This document shows, piece by piece, positions 27,697 to 37,814 of a DNA stretch of 64,000 nucleotides (positions are counted from its first letter, which is position 1; each line of letters opens with the position of its first letter). The notes beneath the pieces were generated by a model. It was not told the origin of the DNA. It made no database searches and worked only from the letters and a program-made list of their open reading frames with translations. The stretch comes from Bacteroidota bacterium (lineage in GTDB: Bacteria > Bacteroidota > Bacteroidia > UKL13-3): NCBI GenBank assembly GCA_037141455.1, contig JBAXCN010000004.1, positions 4,325-68,324 on the forward strand. Reading direction: 5' to 3'. The position numbers and the translations under genes were made by a program.

Positions 27697-28311
27697 ATGC
27701 AAATAGTTTTAAAAAAATTAACTAAAAAATTTAATAAACAAATCATTTTCACTAATTTGGATTTTGTATTTGAAGCTAACCAATCATATGCAATTACTGG
27801 GTATAATGGAAGCGGGAAATCAACTTTAATTCAAATAATATATAATTATAATACTTTTAGCAACGGTGAAATAAATTATTATTTAAACAATAATTTAATT
27901 GAAGAAAATACACAAACATACATGGCTTTTGCATCGCCATATTTAGAACTTCCAGAAGAACTTACTTTACAAGAAATTATTGATTTTCATTTTAATATAA
28001 AGTCAAAAAGAAGTGAATTGGATTTAAATCAATTGATAGTAGAATCAAATTTACTTGACCAAAAGCATAAGTTAATAAAAAACTTTTCGAGCGGAATGAA
28101 ACAAAGGGCAAAACTTATTTTAGCATTTGCAACCCAATGTAATGTTTTGTTGTTAGATGAGCCTTGCAGTAATTTTGATGAAGCAGGAATTTTATGGTAT
28201 AAAAAATGCATTCAAGTTTTAAATAATAAATGTACCATTATAGTTGCTAGCAATCAATTATACGAATACGAATTTTGTGAAAATGTAATTGATATAACAA
28301 ACTTTAAATGA
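27697..28311 (+). CDS. Stand-alone ABC-type ATPase
   Basis: 204 aa from the ATG at 27697, with Walker A GYNGSGKST, signature FSSGMKQR and Walker B VLLLDEP. There is no TMD gene of ABC type nearby. The track start at 27655 would overlap the DUF3109 gene. Confidence 0.75.
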   Translation: MQIVLKKLTKKFNKQIIFTNLDFVFEANQSYAITGYNGSGKSTLIQIIYNYNTFSNGEINYYLNNNLIEENTQTYMAFASPYLELPEELTLQEIIDFHFNIKSKRSELDLNQLIVESNLLDQKHKLIKNFSSGMKQRAKLILAFATQCNVLLLDEPCSNFDEAGILWYKKCIQVLNNKCTIIVASNQLYEYEFCENVIDITNFK

Positions 28312-29363
28312 CAATTATAAAATTAACTCAATATAGCCATGGCGCTGGCTGCGGCTGTAAAATAGCACCCGACAAACTAGAACAAATTTTAAGTAAAAAC
28401 AAAACAAGTGTTTTGTTTAAAAACTTATTAGTTGGTAATAATAACAATGACGATGCAGCAGTTTGGGATTTAGGAAATGGTCAATCATTAGTTAGTACAG
28501 TCGATTTTTTTATGCCTATTGTAGATGATGCTTTTGATTTTGGACGAATAGCAGCTACCAATGCAATAAGCGATGTGTATGCAATGGGAGGGAAGCCAAT
28601 TTTTGCGAATGCAATTTTGGGTTGGCCAATAGATAAATTATCTTTAGAATTAGCTTCAAAAGTAATTGAAGGCGCTCAATTTGTTTGCAGCCAAGCTAAT
28701 ATTCCAATTGCTGGTGGACACAGCATTGATAGTTTAGAACCCATGTTTGGTTTAGCAGTAAATGGAATAATCGACACAAAAAATATTAAAAAAAACAGTT
28801 CAGCACAAAAAGGAGATTTATTGTTTTTAACAAAACCTTTAGGTACTGGAATTATAGGCACAGCCATTAAACGTGGCTTAATAGAAAACGAACAACATGA
28901 ATTGACATGTATTGAAAGTATGTGCAAGTTAAACAGTATTGGCTACGAGCTGTCTTTGCTTAAAGGTGTGTCTGCAATTACTGATATTACTGGTTTTGGC
29001 CTATTAGGACATTTAATAGAAATGGCTGAAGGTGCAAATTTAACTGCTGAAATAAATTGGAATAATGTTCCTTATTTTGATTTTATAGATAGTTATTTAA
29101 CTAAAAATATTATTCCAGATAACACCTATAGAAATTGGAATGCTTATGAAAAGAAAGTAATAGGCTTAAACAATATGAAAGTATTTCAAATATTAAACGA
29201 CCCTCAAACCAGTGGCGGTTTATTAATTAGTATCAATCCATCAAACCAATTCGATTTAATAAATTTATTTACGCAAAATGGCTTGCAAGATTATATAAAA
29301 CCTATTGGAAGTTTTAAATCTTCTTCTGATTTTGTTATAGAAACTTTGAACGCAAACACTTAG
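28308..29363 (+). CDS. selD: Selenide, water dikinase (selenophosphate synthetase), Cys form
   Basis: 351-aa ORF collinear with E. coli SelD (LTQYSHGAGCGCKI, DFFMPIVDD.FDFGRIAATNAISD, TDVTGFGLLGH, DPQTSGGLL). Its start overlaps the upstream ATPase stop (ATGA). Confidence 0.92.
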   Translation: MTIIKLTQYSHGAGCGCKIAPDKLEQILSKNKTSVLFKNLLVGNNNNDDAAVWDLGNGQSLVSTVDFFMPIVDDAFDFGRIAATNAISDVYAMGGKPIFANAILGWPIDKLSLELASKVIEGAQFVCSQANIPIAGGHSIDSLEPMFGLAVNGIIDTKNIKKNSSAQKGDLLFLTKPLGTGIIGTAIKRGLIENEQHELTCIESMCKLNSIGYELSLLKGVSAITDITGFGLLGHLIEMAEGANLTAEINWNNVPYFDFIDSYLTKNIIPDNTYRNWNAYEKKVIGLNNMKVFQILNDPQTSGGLLISINPSNQFDLINLFTQNGLQDYIKPIGSFKSSSDFVIETLNANT

Positions 29364-29380
29364 AATTAATAGTAATTTTT

Positions 29381-29788
29381 CTAATTAAAAAAAGGCTTTA
29401 AAGCATCAATTAAAACTGATGGTGCTTTAGTAAGTTTATTTGTTTTCATATCAATATTTACCAATTCAACTTCGGCAGTTGTTATTAGTTCGTTTTGAGG
29501 ATTGAATATTTCGTAAAAAAAATGAATTCTAATAGTAGGCAATGTTTTTATTGTTGTAATAATTGTTAATTCATCATCGTAAAAAGCAGATTTTAAAAAC
29601 TTACAGTTCAAACTTAAAACAGGCATCATTATTCCATTATCTTCAAAACTTTTATATGTCAATCCAACTTGTCGCAAAGCATCTGTCCTAGCTACTTCAA
29701 GGTATTGCGCGTAATTACCATGGTAAACAACTCCCATTTTATCAGTTTCTGAATACCTTACTCTAATTGTGGTTTTGCTAGTAAACAT
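29381..29788 (-). CDS. Acyl-CoA thioesterase (YbgC/4HBT hotdog family)
   Basis: VRYSETDKMGVVYHGNY catalytic-Asp context near the N-terminus. I prefer the internal ATG at 29788, which avoids overlapping the upstream gene. Confidence 0.75.
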   Translation of the reverse strand: MFTSKTTIRVRYSETDKMGVVYHGNYAQYLEVARTDALRQVGLTYKSFEDNGIMMPVLSLNCKFLKSAFYDDELTIITTIKTLPTIRIHFFYEIFNPQNELITTAEVELVNIDMKTNKLTKAPSVLIDALKPFFN

Positions 29789-29795
29789 TAATATT

Positions 29796-31694
29796 TTATG
29801 GTATAATTTTAAATTCTGTTCTTCTGTTTTTGCTTCTGTTTTGTTCCGATAAATTATCATTTATTGGCTTTGAATCAGCATAACCTTTAAATGTTAATCT
29901 TGCTGCTTCAATTTTGTTAGCAATTAAATAATCGTAAACCGATTTCGCTCGATTATTTGATAATGTAGTATTATCTAATTTTTTACCTTGGTTATCGGTA
30001 TGCCCGCCAATTTCTATTTTTAATTTAGGATTCACTACCAAAAATTGAACTAATTTATCCAATTCAGCAGTTGATTCGGGCTTTAAATCAAATTTACCAG
30101 TTTCAAAGAAAATATTTTTTAAAACAACTGTAGCACCTGCTGATATTGGAATTAAAGGAATGTCTAAAAACAAAGGATCAATATTGGTTTGGTCTTTTAA
30201 ACTAAAGTTTTCAGAATAAAACATATAGCCTGCTAAACTTACATTTAATGCATAGTTTTTATTGCCTTGTAAGCTCAATAAAAAATCGCCAGAAGTTTTA
30301 TTGGAACGTGATTCAATGATGGTTTTTTTAGTAGCCAAATCAATTAATTCTAATTTTGCTGAAAGCTTATTTTTTTTCACAGCATCGTAAACTGTACCTT
30401 TTACATAACCAGTTATTTCAGGTCTTGCTTCTTCATATAGTTCAAATTGATAAATATCTAAACCTCCAAAACCACCACTTTTAGCCGATGATATCAAAGC
30501 ATTTGTTCCATTACTTGTTATGCTAAAACTTTGTTCGTCTTCGTTGGTATTTATGGGGTAGCCAATGTTTTTTGCAGTTTGCCATTTTCCATTGCTCGAT
30601 GTTCTTTTAGTTGTAAAAATATCAAATCCGCCCATTCCCGGGTGACCATTACTAACAAAATAAAAGGTTTTATCATCCATCGATATAAATGGATATTGTT
30701 CTTCGCCATCTGTATTTATTTCAGGTCCTAAGTTCATAGGTGGCGACCATTTTCCATTGTTATAGCTTGTCATCCAAATATCACTTCCGCCAAATCCACC
30801 TGGCCTACTACTCGCAAAATATACTGTTCTGCCATTATACGAAACACTTGGTTGCGATTCCCAACTTCTTGTATTTACCGGAGTTCCTAAGTTTTTAGGC
30901 ACACTCCAATCTAATCCGTCAAGCACACTCAATAAAATATCGCAACTGGTTTCAACACTACACGAAGTATAAAAAATATATTGACCATCAGCACTAATTG
31001 AAGCTGTTCCTTCATTTTGCTCTGTATTCACAGGGTTACCTATCGATTTTGCTAAAGTGTATTCATCACCTACTTTTTTACTTATAAAAAAATCTTCATT
31101 GCCAGTCCTTCTATCGCCTAAATTTCTAGTAAATAAAAATGTTTGCCCATCGGCAGTTATTACAGGAAAATAATCATCGTAAATGGAATTTACTTTATTA
31201 CCCAAATTTATTGGTTTATACGGAACAGGATTTTTAATTGCATTTACAGCAAAATCAATACTTTTTTCTAGCTTCAGTCCAACTTGTTTTCGGGCAAACC
31301 AATCAGGATATTGAACAAACTTTTTAATATTAATTTGAGCGCTGTCGTACTTTGCATTTTCAAACAAATAACTAGCCAAACCCAAGTAACTAAGTGGGAA
31401 ATCAGGATTTATGTTTACTAAGTTTCTGTATAAAATTTGCGACTTATCTTGCTGCTCATTTTTTTCATACAAATCAGCTAATAGCATGTGAGCATCAATG
31501 TAATTTGGATCTAATTGTATGGCTTTATTACACAATGAAATGGCTTCTCCATATCTTTGTAAAGTAAAGTTTTCAAGCGCTTGATTAAATAGTTTATCAG
31601 CTTTTTTATTTTGTGTAGTTGTAAACGGTTTTTCTTGAGCAAAAGCCGAAAAACTTAAAAAAATAAATACAATGAATAAGGTGTTTTTAAACAT
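29796..31694 (-). CDS. OmpA-family protein with TPR and TolB-like (PD40) beta-propeller repeats
   Basis: Signal peptide from the ATG at 31694, TPR region, repeated S.DG....F.S motifs and a C-terminal OmpA domain (GHTDN.G....N..LS..RA..V..YL, NRRTEF). Confidence 0.8.
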   Translation of the reverse strand: MFKNTLFIVFIFLSFSAFAQEKPFTTTQNKKADKLFNQALENFTLQRYGEAISLCNKAIQLDPNYIDAHMLLADLYEKNEQQDKSQILYRNLVNINPDFPLSYLGLASYLFENAKYDSAQINIKKFVQYPDWFARKQVGLKLEKSIDFAVNAIKNPVPYKPINLGNKVNSIYDDYFPVITADGQTFLFTRNLGDRRTGNEDFFISKKVGDEYTLAKSIGNPVNTEQNEGTASISADGQYIFYTSCSVETSCDILLSVLDGLDWSVPKNLGTPVNTRSWESQPSVSYNGRTVYFASSRPGGFGGSDIWMTSYNNGKWSPPMNLGPEINTDGEEQYPFISMDDKTFYFVSNGHPGMGGFDIFTTKRTSSNGKWQTAKNIGYPINTNEDEQSFSITSNGTNALISSAKSGGFGGLDIYQFELYEEARPEITGYVKGTVYDAVKKNKLSAKLELIDLATKKTIIESRSNKTSGDFLLSLQGNKNYALNVSLAGYMFYSENFSLKDQTNIDPLFLDIPLIPISAGATVVLKNIFFETGKFDLKPESTAELDKLVQFLVVNPKLKIEIGGHTDNQGKKLDNTTLSNNRAKSVYDYLIANKIEAARLTFKGYADSKPINDNLSEQNRSKNRRTEFKIIP

Positions 31695-31827
31695 GGTAGC
31701 AATATATTCAATAATTGTGCTAAAAATAAAATGTGTTTTTAAAAATTTACAGGATTGAATTAAAATTAAAAATAACACTATTCAATTAATGGTGAATAAA
31801 ACTATTTTTGATTTAAATTTTAATTAA

Positions 31828-32952
31828 ATGAAATTATCTAAACTAATAATTACAATACCTTTTTTATTTTACTGCATAATAGGTACTTGCCAAGTCAATA
31901 ATTTTCAATATTTACCAGCATTAAAAGGGGAAATTGCAAATTACAAAAGGTTAGTAGTAAATGGAGATAAGGAAACGCTAATTGAAGAAGCCCAATATGA
32001 TTACAAAAGCAGAATTACAAGTAAAAAAATATATAACTTTTATGAGGGTTTTATTTTTTCGCAGCAACAAAGGTTTGAAACAATATACAAAGGCGATAGC
32101 ATTTATGAGTTTAGCTGCAATTGTGAAAATATAGATGGATTTGTAAAAGGATTTAAAATAAGAAATTATATAAAAAAGAAAGAAGGAATTGAAGAAGAAC
32201 TTATTAAAATTGATGATCCAAGAGAACTTGCTTCAGTTGCTATTACTGTACTTAACAAAAAAGGATTAATTATTTCTAAGGGACACTATTCAGAAAATGG
32301 TTATCCTACAAAAACAAAAACAATTACATATCAATATGACAAACTTGGTAGATTAACTAAAGAAATTGAAAAAAGTGATGAATTTGGAACTATTGGAAGT
32401 AGCGTAACTCAATTAATTTATAATAATAAAGGAGAATATACTGGTAAAATTAAAACAAGTTTAATTGATTACAATGCTTCAGGTAATCGTATTGAAAAAC
32501 ATATTATAACATATGATAAAAATAGTATAGAGATAAATAACAAATTTTTTGTGAACGGAACTTTAAATTCAGAAAGAATTTGTTTGGATAGTAACGTTAC
32601 TACAAAAATGTTTTTTTATTCAAGCAATGAGATTCCTAAAAGACGTATTGGAGAAATAATTACATACAATACTAATGGCTATGAGTTATCAATAAGTAGA
32701 TTTGATAAAAATGGAAACGAATACGAAAATATTCAAAAAACATATGACAGCAACAATAATTTGCTATCGATTAGTTATTTCAACAAGGAAAAAATACTAT
32801 TGTGGTTTTTTGAATTTCAATATGATAATAATAATAATTGGACTGCATTAATGCAAAAATTTTATAACACAAACATGAAAAAACGAAAAGAGAAGGGAGC
32901 ATATGAAACAATATTTTTTAAACAATTATTAACTTATTTGCCAAATAAATAG
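31828..32952 (+). CDS. Hypothetical secreted protein with YD/RHS-like short repeats
   Basis: 374-aa ORF with a signal peptide and repeated Y(D/N)..G motifs (YQYDKLGRLT, IYNNKGEYTG, TYNTNGYEL, FDKNGNEYE, YDSNNNLL). Confidence 0.4.
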   Translation: MKLSKLIITIPFLFYCIIGTCQVNNFQYLPALKGEIANYKRLVVNGDKETLIEEAQYDYKSRITSKKIYNFYEGFIFSQQQRFETIYKGDSIYEFSCNCENIDGFVKGFKIRNYIKKKEGIEEELIKIDDPRELASVAITVLNKKGLIISKGHYSENGYPTKTKTITYQYDKLGRLTKEIEKSDEFGTIGSSVTQLIYNNKGEYTGKIKTSLIDYNASGNRIEKHIITYDKNSIEINNKFFVNGTLNSERICLDSNVTTKMFFYSSNEIPKRRIGEIITYNTNGYELSISRFDKNGNEYENIQKTYDSNNNLLSISYFNKEKILLWFFEFQYDNNNNWTALMQKFYNTNMKKRKEKGAYETIFFKQLLTYLPNK

Positions 32953-33033
32953 ATAAAAAAAATTGTGTTTAAATACAATGAAATTAATATAATATTCATG
33001 TTCCTTTTTTTATATAATTAAAGTATATAAAAC

Positions 33034-33363
33034 CTAATCAGCTAAAATTTCAATCAACATAATCAATTCTTTTTCAGTAATATTTGATTGTTCTGATTTG
33101 TCGAAAATATCTATTAAAAATACAGATTTATTTATAACCCTAACATAGGTAATTATTCGAGCGCCACCGCTTTTACCTTTACCTTTTGAAGAAATAGATA
33201 AACGTATTTTATAACAATCTTTTCCGAGAGGAATTCCTAATGTAGGATTAGTTTCTAGTTCATTTAAAAGTGGAAGTAAATCTTCTTTTAGTGAACGGTA
33301 TTTTTTAGCTAATTTTTTAAGTTTCCTAGCAAAAGGTTCAGTAGCAATAATATTAAAGCTCAT
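33034..33363 (-). CDS. RelE/ParE-superfamily type II toxin-like protein
   Basis: 109-aa ORF with a basic core GKGKSGGARIITY, as in the RelE/HigB-like toxin families. It overlaps the upstream small ORF by 11 nt. Confidence 0.6.
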   Translation of the reverse strand: MSFNIIATEPFARKLKKLAKKYRSLKEDLLPLLNELETNPTLGIPLGKDCYKIRLSISSKGKGKSGGARIITYVRVINKSVFLIDIFDKSEQSNITEKELIMLIEILAD

Positions 33364-33565
33364 CTAAAAGACTTTTTGCAGATTTTAGTTTAATCTTTCC
33401 TTGTTCGTGAAGCTTTACATCATTAAATGCTTCTGCCATTTCCTCAATAAAACGACCTTTTTGTTCGTCTTTAATTTCTTTTACAACACTTATATAGTCA
33501 AGACTTTTAACTAATTCCATAAAAAAAGGAATTCTATTTTCTTTTATATCAAGTATTACTTTCAT
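33353..33565 (-). CDS. Putative cognate antitoxin
   Basis: 70-aa acidic/helical ORF immediately upstream of the toxin-like gene and overlapping it. Confidence 0.45.
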   Translation of the reverse strand: MKVILDIKENRIPFFMELVKSLDYISVVKEIKDEQKGRFIEEMAEAFNDVKLHEQGKIKLKSAKSLLDEL

Positions 33566-33673
33566 ATTTCAAATTATATAAACAAATTTAATAGAAATGA
33601 TTATAAAAACTACAAAATACTTTTTCAAAGTTCAAGACTTTAACAAAGTTAAATATTTAAATATGACGAAAAA

Positions 33674-34153
33674 TTACAACAACCCACTTTCTGATTTTTG
33701 CAGTTGTTCGTAAACTGTATCAATTAATAAATTACTTCTATTATCAGCAGCTTCAGTAGCCAAGACATCACAGCGTTCATTTCCGGGATGGCCGGCATGA
33801 CCTTTTACCCAATGCATTTTTACTTGGTGTTGCGCATATATTTTCAAAAACTCGTTCCATAAATCACCATTTTTTTTGCCAGCAAAGTTTTTTTGTTTCC
33901 AACCAAAAACCCATTTCTTTTCAATTGCATCGCATACATATTTACTATCAGTATAAATATTTACTTGCATATTTGGTTTTTTTAATTGCTGCAATGCTAC
34001 AATAACAGCTAATAGTTCCATTCTGTTATTAGTAGTTAATCGATATCCTGCCGAAAGTTCTTTTCTAAAACTCCCACTGGTTAAAACTATTCCGTAACCG
34101 CCATTTCCAGGATTTCCTCTTGCCGAACCATCAGTATAAATATCTATTACCAT
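33674..34153 (-). CDS. rnhA: Ribonuclease HI
   Basis: 159-aa ORF with IYTDGSARGNPG, TNNRMEL, DSKYV and W.KGH.G..GNE..D.LA. Confidence 0.92.
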   Translation of the reverse strand: MVIDIYTDGSARGNPGNGGYGIVLTSGSFRKELSAGYRLTTNNRMELLAVIVALQQLKKPNMQVNIYTDSKYVCDAIEKKWVFGWKQKNFAGKKNGDLWNEFLKIYAQHQVKMHWVKGHAGHPGNERCDVLATEAADNRSNLLIDTVYEQLQKSESGLL

Positions 34154-34155
34154 TT

Positions 34156-34644
34156 TTACTTTGCTAATAATTCAATTTTTTGTTCATTAAGTCTGTATAC
34201 AGTCCAGCCTTTCATAGCTTCTGCACCTAAACTTTCATAAAAATCAATTGCTGGTTTATTCCAATTAAGCACACTCCATTCCACTCTTCCACAGTTTCTA
34301 TCTTTTGCCACTTTAATTAAATTAATGAGTAGCTTTTTACCATATCCTTTTCCCCTAAATTGTTCTTTTACAAATAAATCTTCAAGGTATATGCCGGGCT
34401 TACCTACAAAAGTGCTGTAGTTGTGAAAAAATAATGAAAACCCAACAGGAATATCATTTTCAAATGCTAGGAAACATTCAGCAAATTTTTTATCACCAAA
34501 CAAATAAGTTTCAATTTTTTCTTTCGTATTTATTACTTCATCCGAAAGGTTTTCGTAATGTGCAATATCAAATATTAATTCTAATATAGTTTTGCAATCA
34601 TTGATTGTAGCTTTCCTTATTGTAAACGCTAAATTTTCAATCAT
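34156..34644 (-). CDS. GNAT family N-acetyltransferase
   Basis: 162-aa ORF with the acetyl-CoA binding motif FRGKGYGKKLL. Confidence 0.8.
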   Translation of the reverse strand: MIENLAFTIRKATINDCKTILELIFDIAHYENLSDEVINTKEKIETYLFGDKKFAECFLAFENDIPVGFSLFFHNYSTFVGKPGIYLEDLFVKEQFRGKGYGKKLLINLIKVAKDRNCGRVEWSVLNWNKPAIDFYESLGAEAMKGWTVYRLNEQKIELLAK

Positions 34645-35160
34645 TTACTTTGCCAATTTAAATTTAATTGTAAAGTTTTTAGTTACTTTATTTTTTGTAT
34701 TACGTGCTATGTAGGAAAATTTAAACTTTACTTTCCAAGTATTATTGCTAATTTTAGTTCCATTAATAAAACCACTTTTAATTACGTAATTTCCTGCATC
34801 CATACAAAAACAACTTTGCATAAACATTAAGTGCGCTTGAGTTAGTTTTTTATCTGCTAAATAAAAACTTTTACCTCTTGGTTTCACTTCAAATAATATT
34901 TTTTCCGAAACTTCATCATCCGACATACTGATAATATCCTTACTATGGAAATCATATTCAAAAACCAATGATTTACCTGAAATAATTTCATAATCAGGAT
35001 TTATACTATCGTTTGTTTTAAATTGAATGGTTTTGTTTTTATAAAAGACTGCGGTTTTTTTTGCAGGAATAAACGCATTCATTAAACTGTCGGTATTTTC
35101 CTGAGCAGTAATTGAATAATTAAAAGTTACAATTAATAAAATAGTTAAAATAAGTTTCAT
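34645..35160 (-). CDS. Hypothetical secreted protein
   Basis: 171-aa ORF with a signal peptide. Its stop abuts the GNAT start with no gap. Confidence 0.45.
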   Translation of the reverse strand: MKLILTILLIVTFNYSITAQENTDSLMNAFIPAKKTAVFYKNKTIQFKTNDSINPDYEIISGKSLVFEYDFHSKDIISMSDDEVSEKILFEVKPRGKSFYLADKKLTQAHLMFMQSCFCMDAGNYVIKSGFINGTKISNNTWKVKFKFSYIARNTKNKVTKNFTIKFKLAK

Positions 35161-35251
35161 GTTTTGATTTATTTTGGAGCAATAATAAACAATAGCTATA
35201 TGGTTATGTTAATTAGATTGTATTTTTTTAAATAAATTTTAATTTTAATAT

Positions 35252-35893
35252 ATGAAAAAGAAAGATCGTTATGAGCAAGTTATAAATTATTTTAAAACCA
35301 ATCAGCCAATTGCCGAAACAGAATTAAATTACGAAAACCCTTTTCAGCTTTTAATTGCTGTAATTTTATCTGCTCAATGCACCGATAAAAGAATAAACTT
35401 AATTACACCAGAATTATTTAAAGCATTTCCTACGCCTCAAAAATTAGCTGTAGCAGAATTAGATGAAGTTTTTTTTTATATAAAATCTGTAAGTTATCCT
35501 AGTAATAAAAGTAAGCATTTAATTGGCATGGCTAAAATGTTAGTAAGTGATTTTAAAAACAAAGTTCCTGAAACCACAGAAGATTTGGTAAAACTTCCTG
35601 GAGTAGGAAGAAAAACTGCTAATGTAATTACATCAGTAGTATTTAATCAGCCAAGTATGGCCGTTGATACTCATGTGTTTAGAGTGAGTAACCGATTAGG
35701 ATTAACAACCAATTCAAAAACGCCATTGCAAACCGAAAAAGAATTGGTTAAAAATATTCCAAAAGAATTTATTGCAGTTGCCCACCATTGGTTAATATTA
35801 CATGGAAGGTATACATGCACAGCTCGTTCACCTAAGTGCAATAGTTGTAATTTAGTTCAATTTTGTAAGTCATTTCCCAAATATAATAAATAA
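35252..35893 (+). CDS. nth: Endonuclease III
   Basis: 213-aa ORF with HhH-GPD LPGVGRKTANV, a catalytic VDTH context and the FeS loop C.....C..C....C. Confidence 0.92.
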   Translation: MKKKDRYEQVINYFKTNQPIAETELNYENPFQLLIAVILSAQCTDKRINLITPELFKAFPTPQKLAVAELDEVFFYIKSVSYPSNKSKHLIGMAKMLVSDFKNKVPETTEDLVKLPGVGRKTANVITSVVFNQPSMAVDTHVFRVSNRLGLTTNSKTPLQTEKELVKNIPKEFIAVAHHWLILHGRYTCTARSPKCNSCNLVQFCKSFPKYNK

Positions 35894-35974
35894 TAATTTA
35901 AGGGTTTTTATTAAAAATTAAACTTTTTAAGATAATAATATTAATTTGCAACATTTATACAGTATTATCATTTC

Positions 35975-37162
35975 ATGAAAAGAACCATTGTAGTTTTATT
36001 ATTTTTACTTTTTTCAGGTTTTACATTTGCTCAAAAGCAAATTACAGAGCCACAATTAATTTTACCAAGCCATAGCAACGATGTAAACGCAGTAGCTTTT
36101 TCATTAAAATACAATATTTTAGCTTCAGCAGGCTGGGATAATTCTATTAACTTTTACTCAGGCGATACAACCTTTAAATTGATTAAATCAATTCCTGATG
36201 CTCACCGAGCGCAAATAAATACTATAAAGTTTAACAAGCAAGGTAGTTTATTGGCAAGTGCTTCAAACGATTTTGTAGTAAATATTTTTGATAGTACTTT
36301 TAAAAAAACTAAAATGTTGGTTGCTGCCGATGGACATGTTTCAAATATAAATGCTTTAATGTTTGATAATAGCGGAAGAGTTGTATTTAGTGGAGATGAT
36401 GAAGGTAAAATAATTATTTGGAGTATTGATACACAAAAAAAATTAAGAGAGCTTAAAATTAATGGCCCTGTTAATACATTGGCAATGAGCTATGATCCAA
36501 AAACAGTTTTTGTGGGTGGGCAAGATCCAATAATTAAGGTTTTAAATGTAGCAAATAGTCAAGTTCAACGATCATTTGTTGGACATACTGATGCAATAAA
36601 TGCAATTGAAATTAGTCCAAATCAACTTTATTTATTGAGTGGAAGTAACGATAAAAGCGCAAGAATTTGGGATTTGAAATCAGGAAAAGAATTATTTAAA
36701 CTTAATGTTGATTGTTGGAAAGTTACTTCTGTTGCATTTAGTTTTGATAGCAAATATTGCGCTACTGGTTGCAATGATGGAAGTGTAAAAATATGGGAAG
36801 TACTAACAGGTAAGTTAATTGAAAGTATATCGAACCAAAAATACAATGCAAGAGGCTTAACTTTCTTAAAAAGATACAGTCAAATAGCTGTTGCACCTAT
36901 GTTGAAAGGTGGAAGTGATTATGGAGTTAGAATTTTTCCTACTGATTTAACCGACCCAATTTCATTGGTACAGGTAACAAATAATAATTTACCAATAAAT
37001 AAAAATCAAAATACAATAGATAGCATTTCTAAAATTAGAACATTAACAAACCAAGACAGTTTAAAATACCAAATTAAGGCTATAAAACCAATTTTAAAAA
37101 CTAAAACCACAGCTACAAAAACAGATTCAGTTAAAGTTTACAAAACGCCAATAATAAAATAG
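35975..37162 (+). CDS. Secreted WD40-repeat protein
   Basis: 395-aa ORF with a signal peptide and about 7 WD-like repeats (SASNDF, SGDDEGKIIIW, SGSNDKSARIWD, TGCNDGSVKIWE). Confidence 0.7.
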   Translation: MKRTIVVLLFLLFSGFTFAQKQITEPQLILPSHSNDVNAVAFSLKYNILASAGWDNSINFYSGDTTFKLIKSIPDAHRAQINTIKFNKQGSLLASASNDFVVNIFDSTFKKTKMLVAADGHVSNINALMFDNSGRVVFSGDDEGKIIIWSIDTQKKLRELKINGPVNTLAMSYDPKTVFVGGQDPIIKVLNVANSQVQRSFVGHTDAINAIEISPNQLYLLSGSNDKSARIWDLKSGKELFKLNVDCWKVTSVAFSFDSKYCATGCNDGSVKIWEVLTGKLIESISNQKYNARGLTFLKRYSQIAVAPMLKGGSDYGVRIFPTDLTDPISLVQVTNNNLPINKNQNTIDSISKIRTLTNQDSLKYQIKAIKPILKTKTTATKTDSVKVYKTPIIK

Positions 37163-37169
37163 CAATTTG

Positions 37170-37814
37170 ATGGTTATTAATCTTACTGAAAATAATTCTT
37201 TAATTCTTCATTATTTAACTCAAATAAGAGACAAAGAAATTCAGAAAGATTCGCTTAGGTTTAGAAAAAACTTATTTAGAGTAGCTCAAATAATGGCTTA
37301 TGAAATAAGTAAAACGCTAGTTTATATTGACAAGAAAATTGAAACACCCTTAACAAGTCATGTTTCAAAAGTTATAGAAAATCCACCAGTTATAGGTAGT
37401 ATTTTAAGAGCAGGTTTAGCACTTCACGAGGGTTTTATCGATTTTTTTGACGAGTCAGAATCGGCATTTGTTTCAGCTTACAGAAAACATTCAACTCCAG
37501 AAGATTTTGAAGTGATTGTTGAGTATATGGCGTCACCCAATTTGGATAATAGAACCTTTATTATTGTAGATCCAATGTTAGCCACTGGTAAAAGTTTGTA
37601 TTTGGCATACAAAGCATTTTGTAAGCACGGAACTCCATCAAAAGTTATTTTTACATGTTTAATTGCAAGCAAACAAGGAATTGAATACATTCAAAAATTA
37701 ATTCCAGAAGCCATTATTTATGTTGCTGATATTGATAATGAATTAAATGAAAATAGCTATATAGTACCTGGATTAGGAGATGCAGGCGATTTGGCTTTTG
37801 GAATAAAGCTTTAG
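37170..37814 (+). CDS. upp: Uracil phosphoribosyltransferase
   Basis: PRPP-binding VDPMLATGKS and C-terminal YIVPGLGDAGD. I prefer the ATG at 37170 to the TTG at 37167. Confidence 0.88.
   Translation: MVINLTENNSLILHYLTQIRDKEIQKDSLRFRKNLFRVAQIMAYEISKTLVYIDKKIETPLTSHVSKVIENPPVIGSILRAGLALHEGFIDFFDESESAFVSAYRKHSTPEDFEVIVEYMASPNLDNRTFIIVDPMLATGKSLYLAYKAFCKHGTPSKVIFTCLIASKQGIEYIQKLIPEAIIYVADIDNELNENSYIVPGLGDAGDLAFGIKL

Noticed and set aside
28308-29363. Selenocysteine-encoding genes or SECIS elements near selD.
   Set aside because: SelD itself uses Cys. I found no pair of adjacent same-frame ORFs separated by a single TGA anywhere in the window. Absence elsewhere in the genome cannot be judged from here.
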